Source: Callorhinchus milii
Lineage: Eukaryota
Assembly: GCF_018977255.1 (NCBI RefSeq)
Contig: NW_024704746.1
Location: forward strand, 67,518,001-67,582,000
Length of the DNA stretch: 64,000 nucleotides
Reading direction: 5' to 3'
The position numbers were made by a program, and so were the translations under genes. Shown piece by piece: positions 52,076 to 62,432 of this stretch (position 1 is the stretch's first letter; the number at the start of each line of letters is the position of its first letter). A model generated the notes under the pieces. The model was not told the DNA's origin, searched no databases, and saw nothing but the letters and a program-made list of their open reading frames with translations.

Positions 52076-53049
52076 CTATAATAATAATAATCCTTGCATT
52101 GATATAGCGCCTTATCACGTCATTGAGACATGTCAAAGCGCTTCACAGGATATACTGTGTACATGTTTGGGTGAAACCTGTGTTTGACAAGCTGACACCA
52201 GCACGTCTCTCTATGATAATAATACTCGCATGGGAAACTTTTCAAAGCGCTTTTTGTAAAGTATCTGTAAAGTCCAGCGAACTCCACGTGACTGGTACAG
52301 CCCCATCCACGGCCAAACGTATATTTCTATAAACCCATTAATAATTGGGGCCAACATCCACAGGCTCAATGGGGGGCTCAAGTTTCCTTGAGGACGATTG
52401 CGAGGACGACTGTGTATGAAAAGCACGGGCGGCCAGACCCAAAGCGAGCTTTGCCGGGTCAGGCGGAATTATTATAAGATCGCGGACTTGAGGGACTCGT
52501 TACACAACGAGCAAATGTTATTAAGACGCTCGACGCGGATAGACATTGGTGAGGTCAGGGTCTCAACCACGACAACAACAACAAAATTACAGCGGTCTTT
52601 CAAGTCGGGGGGGGGACGTCCCAAGGCGCTGGACGGTCCAGTGTGCTGGACGGTCAGGGGGAACAGGCTCGAGGGGCTGAATGGCCTCCTCCTGTTCCTG
52701 CGATGCGAGGTGATTATTTATCGCCTCTCGACGCGATTTTTTTTGGGCGGATTTAATGAAAAGGTTTTATTTATTATTCTTATTGTTATTATCGGGGGGG
52801 GGAGGGGAGGGGGAGGAACAAATAGATAAAAGAAATTAATGAATAGTGGGAGCGAGTGGGAGGCGCGCACACACCCACACACACACCCACACACACACGC
52901 GCGAGAGAGAGAGAGAGAGAGAGGAGGGCGAAAGTCATCACCTCACAGGAGGGAAGAAGAAGGGGGGGAGACATGGCGGCGGCGGCGGCGTCGTGAGGAA
53001 GGAGGAGGATCTGGGACAGGAGGAGGAGGGGTGGGGTGTGGTACCTCAC

Positions 53050-53143
53050 CTTCACAGTCGGCCTCGCTTCGCCCCGCGCCCGCAGTCAGCAGCAAGGGGA
53101 GGAGAGAGCCCCACAGACACCGCCGCGCCGCCGCCGCCGCCAT
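53050..53143 (-). CDS. CDNF: CDNF exon 1, signal peptide (MAAAAARRCLWGSLLPLLLTAGAGRSEADCE)
   Basis: ATG at 53143, hydrophobic core, phase-1 donor AAG|GTGAG giving the conserved CEVC junction. Total CDS 549 nt (182 aa). Confidence 0.92.
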
Positions 53144-53493
53144 TGCTTCGCTTCCCTCAGGAGAGACAGCGCGAGAGACGGAGAGAGAGAAAAAAAAACC
53201 GTTAAACGGAAATTATTCAAACACCAAAGCGCTTTTTTTTTGCCCCCTTGTTGCTAGGGCGAGTGACGCGCTACCCGCCGCCGCGCTGATTGGTCGAAGA
53301 TATCCCGGGGTTGATTGGTCAGAATGGGATGCACCCTCCACCCCCTTCCCCGGCGCTGATTGGTCAGTGACTCCTTTCGCCACACCCCGCCCCGCCCCAC
53401 GAGGCCAGCCGAGTCCGCCGATTGGTCCTCCCGGTGCGATCCCGGCGTGCTTCGCGCGCTCCCGCCCCACCGCCGGCGTCCTGTCCGGCAAAC
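53144..53493. promoter_or_regulatory. Bidirectional CpG-island promoter for CDNF and HSPA14
   Basis: 350 nt between divergent ATGs, four ATTGG boxes (53289, 53314, 53359, 53421), GC boxes, a TGACG half-CRE, high CpG. Confidence 0.85.
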
Positions 53494-53550
53494 ATGGCGG
53501 CCATCGGCGTGCACCTGGGCACCACTTGCTGCTGTGTGGCGGTTTACAAG
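53494..53550 (+). CDS. HSPA14: HSPA14 (Hsp70-L1, ribosome-associated complex subunit) exon 1, MAAIGVHLGTTCCCVAVYK
   Basis: Matches the HSPA14 N-terminus MAAIGVHLG; donor AAG|GTATC. The 14 exons sum to 1533 nt (510 aa). Confidence 0.97.
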
Positions 53551-53899
53551 GTATCAACCGCGATACCCGGGCAGCCGGACAGGGCGGGGCGTCTGTTTAG
53601 ATGGACGAGCTGATGGCTGCGCTGTTTTTTTTCTTCTTCTTCTTCTACTTCTTCCAAAGCGCGGATAGAGAGTAGGGATCAGACTCTCTCTCTCTCTCTC
53701 TTGTCTCTGAGTTCAGAAGGTTGTGGGTTCAAGGCCTCACTGTCAGGGCTCGGAATCACACAGTCTAAGCTGACGCTCCAGTGCAGCGCTGGGGGGGGGG
53801 AGTGGGGGGCTGTCGCATGGCCGGAGACGCCGTCCTTCGGAGGAGCCGTTCAGGTGGACGTTAAAAGATCCCGCGGCGCTGTGGGGAAGAGCGAAGGGA

Positions 53900-53930
<31 letters not shown>

Positions 53931-54276
53931 CCGGTGTCCTGCCCCACAGTCGAGGTGAAACCGGCCGCTCGCTCTACGGCGGTTTGCGGGGACGCCGCTC
54001 GTGCAACTGCTGCCCCGCTTTTCGCCCGCAAAACGCACAGTCGCTGCACTTTAATGGTATATCCTGTGAAGGATACGTTTCAGAACTCTTTAATGTCCAC
54101 CTGAGCGGGTGGATATGGCAGACGTTCGCCCTCAAAACACAGTCACTGCAGTGTTATGGTAAAATCCTTGCTGCAGTTTCCTTCAGTGCATCGTCAGCTT
54201 ATCACGGCTGGTAATATTCCCTATGTTTATATGGGGTGCAAACGTCTAACTAACTTGAATGTTTGTTGCCTTCCAG

Positions 54277-54357
54277 GACAGCCGGGCGGATGTTGTGGCG
54301 AATGATTCGGGAGATCGGGTCACCCCAGCAGTTGTTGCTTATAGAGAAAATGAAAAG
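54277..54357 (+). CDS. HSPA14: HSPA14 exon 2, [27 protein letters not shown]
   Basis: 81 nt, AG/GT boundaries, Hsp70 AND.G.R.TP motif. Confidence 0.97.
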
Positions 54358-54455
54358 GTGATGCAAAGGACGAGCTCTCTTTTGTGTATTTGAGACGCTC
54401 AGTGCACTGTTGAAATACCAGGATGCCCCTCGCTGATTTCAATTGCTTGTTTCAG

Positions 54456-54538
54456 ATTGTCGGCTTGGCAGCAAAACAAGGCAGAATCCGGAATGCGTCA
54501 AACACGGTCACAAAAGTAAAGCAGATTCTCGGACGACA
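54456..54538 (+). CDS. HSPA14: HSPA14 exon 3, [27 protein letters not shown]
   Basis: 83 nt, AG/GT boundaries, in phase. Confidence 0.97.
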
Positions 54539-54848
54539 GTGAGTGCTCTTGAGCAAGTATTTGGTATAACTGTTGGCCGTAACGGTACATTTTACAGCAA
54601 CTTACTGGACTGGAATAGAGCATTGCCAACCGAAGTTTTCACTGCATTCGCTGTGCTGTAACAGGGAGACCGCGCTAACAAAACATTTGATCGATAGGAC
54701 CAGTTACCCATTGTATTTTGCCATTTTCTATAACAATGTGCTTCTAATTTGGCCTTTCAAATCTTTTTGTCAAATCTCATCTGCGTGATAAGGCATTATA
54801 TCAAATGAAAGTATTATTATTATTTTGATGTTTTTTTCAAAACCATAG

Positions 54849-54897
54849 GTTCCAGGATCCCCAAGTTCAGAAACACGTGGCTGAAAGCAAATGTTCT
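54849..54897 (+). CDS. HSPA14: HSPA14 exon 4, FQDPQVQKHVAESKCS
   Basis: 49 nt, TAG| and |GTAAGT boundaries. Confidence 0.95.
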
Positions 54898-54999
54898 GTA
54901 AGTACCACAGTATCAAAGCCGCTCTTGATTTTTTTTAAGTCGGGTTTCCTTGTCAAGATGGTGAGTTGAAATTGTTTATGAATGCTTTGTGTTGACTAG

Positions 55000-55105
55000 G
55001 TGATTGACAAGGACGGCAAACCTAGATATGAGATTGATACCGGTGAAGATCTGAAGACCATCACTCCTGAGGAGGTCACCAAGCTGATTTTCGAGAAAAT
55101 GAAGG
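55000..55105 (+). CDS. HSPA14: HSPA14 exon 5, VIDKDGKPRYEIDTGE...IFEKMK
   Basis: 106 nt, AG/GT boundaries, in phase. Confidence 0.97.
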
Positions 55106-55396
55106 GTGAGTGAGAAAGTTCGCGGAAAGCAGATGTATTCTGTTTATAAAACAGCTGATGCGTTTTGCCCACAAATATGTAGTCAATTCACTTTACAGTA
55201 TACTGTAAAGACGTGAAAAGCGCTATATCAAATGCAAGGATTACTATTATAAACATTTTCCAGATTAAAGACTCTGTATTGTTTCCATGATGCTACATTT
55301 TCTTGCAATGAACTGATGTCTAACGCCCAGAACGTATTTTCGTCACACCAGTTAATAAAGGTCGTTTTAGGAATCTGTTTTTTGTTTCACAAACAG

Positions 55397-55487
55397 AAAC
55401 TGCTCATTCAGCTTTGGGTTCTGATGTGAACGATGTGGTTATAACAGTCCCACTGGACTTCGGAAAGAACCAGAAAAATGTTCTAAG
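55397..55487 (+). CDS. HSPA14: HSPA14 exon 6, [30 protein letters not shown]
   Basis: 91 nt, Hsp70 VITVP motif. Confidence 0.97.
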
Positions 55488-55912
55488 GTAAACTGAGAGG
55501 CAGGTCATTTATCAAAGGTTTGGGGGGTGGTGGGGGAGGAGAGGTTTTTAATTAAAAAAATGCATTTTTAACTGTTTGAGTGCCAGGACGCCAGCAGAAA
55601 CTCCTGTCTCCAGGGCCCGACTTGTTCTGTACATTTCAGTTCGCAAACATATGATTGTTACAGTACTAAAATAACTTGGACAGTTTAGTGTGTTACATCC
55701 TGCATCTAATCTATTCATGATGCTGACCTTGAATTGGGGAGGGAGGAGCAAATCCATTCTCAGGACTGACTTTCCTCGCATCAGATAGCAGGATTATTCC
55801 ACTTCCAGGATCACTTTTTGAAACAAAACGATCTTTTTAAAAAAAAAGTTTACTTTTTGGTGCAACGCAATTTTTTTTGAGTTTCCTCAGTGTGAAATGT
55901 TTTGCTGTGCAG

Positions 55913-56017
55913 ACAGGCAGCCCAGGCAGCAGGGTTCAACGTCCTGCGATTGGTTCACGAGCCGGCAGCCGCACTGCTTGCATTTGGAGTGGGACAGGAG
56001 TCGCCTACAGGGAAAAG
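55913..56017 (+). CDS. HSPA14: HSPA14 exon 7, [34 protein letters not shown]
   Basis: 105 nt, AG/GT boundaries. Confidence 0.97.
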
Positions 56018-56587
56018 GTAGGTCTTCGCTCGATTCTTCGAAGCTTGCAGCGCCTAAACCGTGCTTGATACGTTAAAGTGCGGAACTGTCAGATTTGCCC
56101 ATCTCAAGACCCAGTTGGACCGCGACCAGTCACCCTCCTACCCCGACCCACCCTGCCCTCCAGCAACCCTCCTGATCCCAACCCCCTGTTCAGGTCCAGA
56201 CTGTCCAGCGCCTTGAGACGTCCTCCAGACATGAAAGGCGCTGTACAAGTGAAATTGTTGTTGTATTAAGGCCCAATATGTTTTTTTTACTTGCCCATTT
56301 AGTGTATCAGCTTGCTGGCTGCTGTTCAGCTGATAAATAAATAACAGGTTTCTTTCTCCCAGTGTCCTGGCCGATAATCCCCCACGTAAAAAAATGTTTG
56401 CTGGTTGTGGGATCTAGCTGTAAACGCTGTAAAGTTCTATGTATCACTGAAGATGTTAAATACTAAAGCGTTAGATAAGGAATTGCGTTGCGATCTAAGA
56501 TATTTTGCTTTTTCAAGTCGGTATGGTCAGGTCAATTTTTTCGTACAGCTTTTCCTACGTTACTAATTGTATTCTGTGTCTTCATAG

Positions 56588-56749
56588 CCACGTGCTGGTT
56601 TACAAACTTGGAGGATCGTCGCTGTCTGTGACAGTGGTTGAAGTGAACAGCGGCATGTACAGGGTTCTTGCCTCTAACACGGACGACAGTATAGGAGGAG
56701 AGTGTTTCACAGAGGCCTTGGCACACTACTTGTCTTTGGAATTTCAGAG
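56588..56749 (+). CDS. HSPA14: HSPA14 exon 8, [14 protein letters not shown]...LSLEFQ
   Basis: 162 nt, AG/GT boundaries. Confidence 0.97.
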
Positions 56750-57052
56750 GTAACTCACCGGATGATAACTACTATACCCCGAAGCTTTGTAACTCTCTCC
56801 CTCAATCCCTCCATGTCGCCCTATCTTTTCCCTCTTCTGACTGTAGAACTTCCACCTCGAAAGTGCTTACGGTCACCTCCTCCCTCCCTCCCTCCTCCAG
56901 GCTCGGCATCAGGCACCCTCCGCCACCGTTAAGCGCTCCTAGACGCTGCCCTGCATGAAAGGTGTTGTATAAATGTTGTAAAACGAGAGATGCCCTTGGG
57001 CTTTAACTGAAGTCTTGATTGGATTAAATATTCAAACCTCTTACCTTCACAG

Positions 57053-57208
57053 ATTGTTCAGACAAGATGTCAAGCAAAACCCCCGAGCCATGATGAAGCT
57101 GGTGAACAGCGCTGAAGTGGCTAAGCATGCTTTGTCGACCTTGGGAAGTTCAAACTGTTTTGTCGACTCTCTGCACGATGGCTTGGACTTTGACTGTAAT
57201 GTGTCCAG
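57053..57208 (+). CDS. HSPA14: HSPA14 exon 9, [16 protein letters not shown]...DFDCNVS
   Basis: 156 nt, AG/GT boundaries. Confidence 0.97.
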
Positions 57209-57810
57209 GTATTAAACACAATTACACTGTGTTGGGAATGAACTGTCCCTGTAGTTTTGGGTTTCAATCCAGACTTTAAAAGGCCTCAGGATTATTAGAT
57301 GATGGTAGATGTAACAAAGGATTATTTCAAGGAACTACTCTTGGCTGAAATGATTACTGCAATTGATCCAGAGGCTGAAGTGGAACTCCACTCGTGTCTG
57401 TATTTTTTTCCCTCAAGTACGTAGTAAGATCCAGCAAATCGACAATATCGAGGCCATAAAGAGTGTATAGGGGCTATTCACTAGGATGAGAGGTTTACTG
57501 CTATAATGGGCCACCGTTACACACCGCAGAAACACCTCACTTCAAATGCCGACCGGCTTTTTGTGGTCTCTGTTAATATCACATCCTGCACCTGCAGAGC
57601 GCACAGGATGTGACATCAACAGCGACCCAGTGACCAACAGATGTTGTTTTTAAGTGCACAGGAAACCGTGTTTTGAAGCGAGCTGTGCAGTTTTCTGGAC
57701 ACATTGGATTTTTTTGCGTTGGTAAATGTCTGGGTTCACATCCCGAACGCCCTTTAAGCATGAGCCGTGTTTTATTAAGGCACATTATAACTGGGTTCTA
57801 TTGCATTTAG

Positions 57811-57913
57811 GGCAAGGTTTGAATCTGTGTGCTCAACGCTCTTTACTCAAAGTATACAACCTATTCAGAAGCTTCTGGATGAAGTTGGGCTTGCTGGAAG
57901 TGACATATCTAAG
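57811..57913 (+). CDS. HSPA14: HSPA14 exon 10, ARFESVCSTLFTQSIQPIQKLLDEVGLAGSDISK
   Basis: 103 nt, AG/GT boundaries. Confidence 0.96.
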
Positions 57914-58255
57914 GTAAAGAATCTTAACGTTTGCTGAAATGTAGTGGTTCTGTTGCGTCCTTCGGATGAGACGTTAAACCGAGCTCCCCGTCTGCCTGTT
58001 CAGGTGGATGTTAAAGATCCCGCGGAGCTATTCGAAAAGAGAAAAGGGTTTTCCCACAAATAAAATTGGGCATTTATTTCATGGCTGTTTGTGGGACGCT
58101 GCTGTGTGCAATTGGCTGCTGCGTTTTGGCCAGATATCACACAGTCACTACACTTTACAGTATATTCTGTGAAGCGCTCTGCGGTGTCTCGATGACGTAA
58201 TGAGGCGCTGTATCAAATGGTTGGTTGCGACGACTCTCTGATTGGTCCAACCCAG

Positions 58256-58471
58256 GTGGTTCTCTGCGGAGGCTCGGCTCGGGTCCCCAAGCTGCAGCAG
58301 ATGATCCGAGAGCTGCTCCCAGACGTCGAGCTCCTGAACTCCATCCCCCCGGACGAGGTCATCGCCATGGGCGCCGCCACCGAGGCCGCCATCTTGCTGG
58401 GAAAGGAAAGCATCGCGCCCGAGGAAGACACGGTCACCGTGGAGTGCTCTGCCCGGAACATCCTCGCCAAG
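58256..58471 (+). CDS. HSPA14: HSPA14 exon 11, [15 protein letters not shown]...ARNILAK
   Basis: 216 nt, Hsp70 VVL.GGS.R.P adenosine motif and PDEV.A.GAA. Confidence 0.97.
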
Positions 58472-59066
58472 GTAGGGGAACACCACCAACAACAGCAACT
58501 TGCATTTATATAGCACCCCTCGCGCAGGGCAGTGTTCCAGAGCTCGGAGCCCGACACAACTTTTATTGTGCAGCACGAGATAAAGATCTTTGTGATCTGT
58601 CTTGCTGGTCTGGTACAAGAGAGAAAAAAGTGTTACACATTGTTTCCATTAATAATTCCACTTTGTTGGGGTTATTACTTCCACAAGGGAGAAGGGATTC
58701 CTCCCACTCAGCTGCCGTTAACCCTCAAGGCTAAGACCTACATAGAGGTAGTCAAATGGCGGGTGTGCTAGCCAGTTAGTGTTTGAAATGGTGAGCTGTG
58801 TCGTATAAGATTGCTATACTCCAGCAGTACCTCCCCAACACATACCCCTAGGACTTGTCTCTGTGGCTATTGCTCTCTGGCATAAGGGAGGCAGGGTGGG
58901 TTCCTCTGGGGGTGTCCACACTCCTTAGAGACAGGTTTCCACGAACATATGGAACTCTCAGTTGTTTGGTTTAGATACTCGAGCCCGGAGATGGGTTTCC
59001 ACCCATCTGACCCCAAAAAAGACTTGTCAGTCAACGAACAAATTCTAACTCTTTTGTTTTCTGTAG

Positions 59067-59240
59067 GAGACTGACGATGCAGGGACTGACGTGTACACTG
59101 TCGTTTTCCCATCGGGCACGCCACTGCCGGCTCGAAGACCCCACACTTTTCAGGCTTCGGGGGACCTTTCCTCAGCCTGTCTTGAGCTGTATGAGTCTGA
59201 GGACAAAGGCTGCAAGCAGGAGACCAACAAAGTGGCCCAG
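59067..59240 (+). CDS. HSPA14: HSPA14 exon 12, [24 protein letters not shown]...NKVAQ
   Basis: 174 nt, AG/GT boundaries. Confidence 0.97.
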
Positions 59241-59482
59241 GTGAGAGGGGTGTGCATTTCCTTCTGGGATTGGTATACCTGCCAACGTGTCACGTACTGA
59301 GCGTTAAGCTACAAGATTTCTCCCTCCTCTTAGGAACCAGGAACAGGAGGAGGCCATTCAGCCCCTCGAGCCTGATCCGCCACGGTGCGGCAGGCTGGGT
59401 GGGTGGGATGTGGACATGTCGTATTTTGTTTTGTAAAAGGAGAGGCAACCTTTTGACTTTATTTTCCTTTTTGTCACATTAG

Positions 59483-59553
59483 ATTGTGCTGAAAAACCTG
59501 CAGAAGAAGGAGGACGGCCCTCACAATATCGTAGCTGTACTCACCATGAAGAG
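59483..59553 (+). CDS. HSPA14: HSPA14 exon 13, IVLKNLQKKEDGPHNIVAVLTMK
   Basis: 71 nt, AG/GT boundaries. Confidence 0.96.
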
Positions 59554-59943
59554 GTAGGCTTCCCCGAATGGAATGGAATGCGCACTTGGTCTCTCTGGAG
59601 GGCCGCACCCGCCTTGCGTGTGTATTTCTGGAGAGTGTTAGGCGCAGGTTGGGGAGGGGTGGAATCTTGGAGCGTGTGTTGGTGTTTAACCGACTACACC
59701 CCACATCCCTTACCATTGAGAACAACATTCTGTTGCCAAACTCACCACTTGGAGCCAGCTCTTACCCCCAAACTACTCCGTCACATCCCCCGCCCCCCCC
59801 CCCCCCACCACCACTACTCACTCACCCAAAAGGTGGATAGTAATCGAGAACCTTTTTAAGCGGTGAGGGGTTTGTTTCGGTGCTGCTCTGACTTAGGGTA
59901 AATTGATCTTCATTCAGCCGTCTTTTCTTCATTTCTTTTAAAG

Positions 59944-60022
59944 GGACGGATCGTTGCACGTCACCTGTACGGAACAAGGAACGGGCATTTCAGAAATGGT
60001 CACCATCGATGCCGTGTCGTAG
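59944..60022 (+). CDS. HSPA14: HSPA14 exon 14, DGSLHVTCTEQGTGISEMVTIDAVS*
   Basis: 79 nt to TAG at 60020-22. No EEVD or helical lid, as expected for HSPA14. Confidence 0.96.
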
Positions 60023-60126
60023 TAATGTCGGGGAAGAAATCAGGACTGTTATAATAGAGACACACCGAACAGAGACACTTAGCTCCTGTCAGTGTTTCTG
60101 GGACTATGTGAAAATTAGGTCTCCAG

Positions 60127-60873
60127 AATAAACCTCTCCATCCTCACTCTTCTCTCCCCTTTATTTGTATGCTCTTCCCTACCCCTCCCCTCCTGTGACA
60201 TCTGGACCCAGCTCCCGCTCAACCATACGAGTGTTGACTGTTTAAATGCCGCTTGTGACTTCAAAAAGGGTCGGCAGACAAACGGTCTAAGTAAGGCCAC
60301 TCGCTATAAGGTGTCTTCGTGCAGACTGACCTCCTTCCGCGTTCACCCAACAACGACAATAAATTAATAAGAATCCTCGCATTGGGATTGTGCCCGGAAC
60401 TGCAAAACATTTCTAAAGCACTTTGCAGGTAATTGCTATCGACCGCAACTTGCATTGATATAGCGTCCCTTCACTCACGCTAGCATCTTAGAGCACTTAA
60501 ATATCGCTAAACATTACAGACATTAAGGACGTGTGAGCCATTTATAAACCCCAGCGGTAACATTATTATGTGTGCGGTGTGTAAACTGCATGTAATCAAT
60601 GGGCAGGGGAGGAGAGAGAGTTATTCCGCAGTTACCTTGGGGCTGCATTCTCGCGAGTCGGGGTGACGGAAATGAGGTTCCCTGGAGGAGATTCACTTCC
60701 TGATGTACTACTGACGTGGAGATGTAATTCCCCTCTGTTTCCCCCCCCCCCCCCCCCCCACAAGAAAACTATGCTCCGGTGTAAACATGGGTGCGCAGAG
60801 GGAATTGCACGTTGCCTTAATTAAGTGGCTAAACAAGTGAAAATGTTGCTTTCTTAAAAGAATAATTAATAAA
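60127..60873 (+). terminator. Candidate HSPA14 polyadenylation signals
   Basis: AATAAA at 60127-32, 60358-63 and 60868-73; which is used is unknown. Confidence 0.5.
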
Positions 60874-61599
60874 CCTTTGCTTTGGATATTAATTGGCCAA
60901 TTAAGGCTTCCGTGAGGGTTTTAAACAGACGGCGACTCCAGCTGTCTCAACAACATGGGGAGGTTACCTGCATCTGGCAAGGTCCCTGTTAGGGCAGTGG
61001 CTCACAGGGTTAACGGGAGCTGAATGGGAGGATTATAATAATAATAAATAATAATAATAATCCTTGGATTTGATATTGCGCTTTTTCAGAGCATAGAGAC
61101 GTCTCAAAGCGCTTCACAGAATATACTGTAAAGTGAATTGACTGTATTTTGTGGGGAGGATTCCCGGCCCCCAGTGACTGGTCGGCCCTCCCAGGTCCTG
61201 CCGCCGGGCCGGGCCGGGCTGTGCTGCCCTCAGCAGTGAGTGCCCTGGGACACTGCGGCCCCTCCTGACCCGGGGACTGGAGACCGGCACAGAGAGTGGG
61301 GGCGCGGTTCCCACATTCCGTCGCCAGGCGGGTCACCTGGGAGCCAATCCAGTCCCAAGACCCACACCCCCCACCCTCTCCCCCACCCTCTCCTCCCCCC
61401 ACTCCCCACCCCCTCTTCCCGCTTGCAAATCCGCCCCCCCCACCCCTGACCTCCCTCCGCTCTCTACCTCCGCGCTTTCCCCTTACACTCTCCTCTCCCC
61501 ACCCCCCCTCCTGCCCGCTCTGCCCCCCACTATTCTCTCCCCCGCCCCGCCCCCATTTGTCCCTCCCACCTGTTGCCCGTCCAGGCCGGTGCCCCTCCC

Positions 61600-61750
61600 C
61601 TTTAAGTGGAGGTGGGTTGGGTCGGTTCCGAGCGGCCGACGTTTAATGTGGCGGGCGGACACTGCCCCTTTAACCGCGCGCGGTGACGGTCGCCGCGGGG
61701 CCGCGCGCGCAGCCTGACGTCACGGGGTTTGAATGGGGAGAGAGGCCAAG
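61600..61750 (+). promoter_or_regulatory. SUV39H2 CpG-rich promoter with a CRE and a CHR-like element
   Basis: TGACGTCA at 61715-22, TTTGAA at 61728-33, GGCGGGCGG box, YY1-type CAAGATGGCGGC over the ATG. Confidence 0.7.
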
Positions 61751-61769
61751 ATGGCGGCAAAGCCCGGCG
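61751..61769 (+). CDS. SUV39H2: SUV39H2 exon 1, MAAKPG(A)
   Basis: Strong Kozak AAGATGG and a phase-1 donor GCG|GTGAGA that joins exon 2 in frame. Confidence 0.8.
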
Positions 61770-61774
61770 GTGAG

Positions 61775-62432
61775 ACAGGGGGGCGGGGGAGGGAGGGAGG
61801 AGGGGGGGAGGGGAGTGTGGGGGGAGAGGGGGTGTGTGGGGGAGAGGGGTGTGGGGGGAGAGGGGTGTGGGGGGAGAGAGGGAGTGAAGGGGAGGGAGTG
61901 AGGGGGAGAGGGAGTGAAGGGGGAGAGGGAGTGAAGGGGGTGTGGGGGAGAGAGAGGGGGAGAGGGAGTGATGGGGAGTGAGGGGAGAGGGGGTGAGGGG
62001 AGGGAGTGAATGGGGGAGTGAAGGGGGGGGAGAGAGTGGTGTGAGGGGGGTTGTGGGGAGAGAGAGGGAGGTGGAGAGAGTGGGGAGAGAGGGAGTGAGG
62101 GGGGGTGTGGGGAGAGAGAGAGGGAGGTGGAGAGAGTGGGGAGAGAGAGGGAAGTGGGGGGGGGGTGTGGGGAGAGAGGGAGTGTGTGAGGAGAGGGGGG
62201 AGACTGAGGGGGTGAGAGTGTCGGTGGAGAGAGAGTGAGAGAGGGGGGGAGAGAGTGAGGGGGGAGAGAGTGAGGGGGGGGAGAGAGTGGGGGGGAGAGA
62301 GAGAGTGAGGGAGAGAGAGAGTGAGGGGGGGAGAGAGAGAGTGAGGTGGACAGTGAGTGTGAGGGAAGGGCAGAGTGTGAGGAAGAGTGGGTGAGAGAGT
62401 GTGTGCCTGAGCGAGAGAGAGAGAGAGAGAAA
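61775..62432. repeat. G/A-rich low-complexity tract in SUV39H2 intron 1
   Basis: About 650 nt of GGGGAGAGA/GTG repeats, nearly devoid of C. Confidence 0.95.

Noticed and set aside
48573-53143. MANF as the alternative identity
   Set aside because: The CRAC motif and the head-to-head position with HSPA14 indicate CDNF.
52839-53600. 253-aa ORF across the CDNF/HSPA14 promoter
   Set aside because: A stop-poor CpG island; it is antisense to CDNF exon 1 and out of frame with HSPA14.
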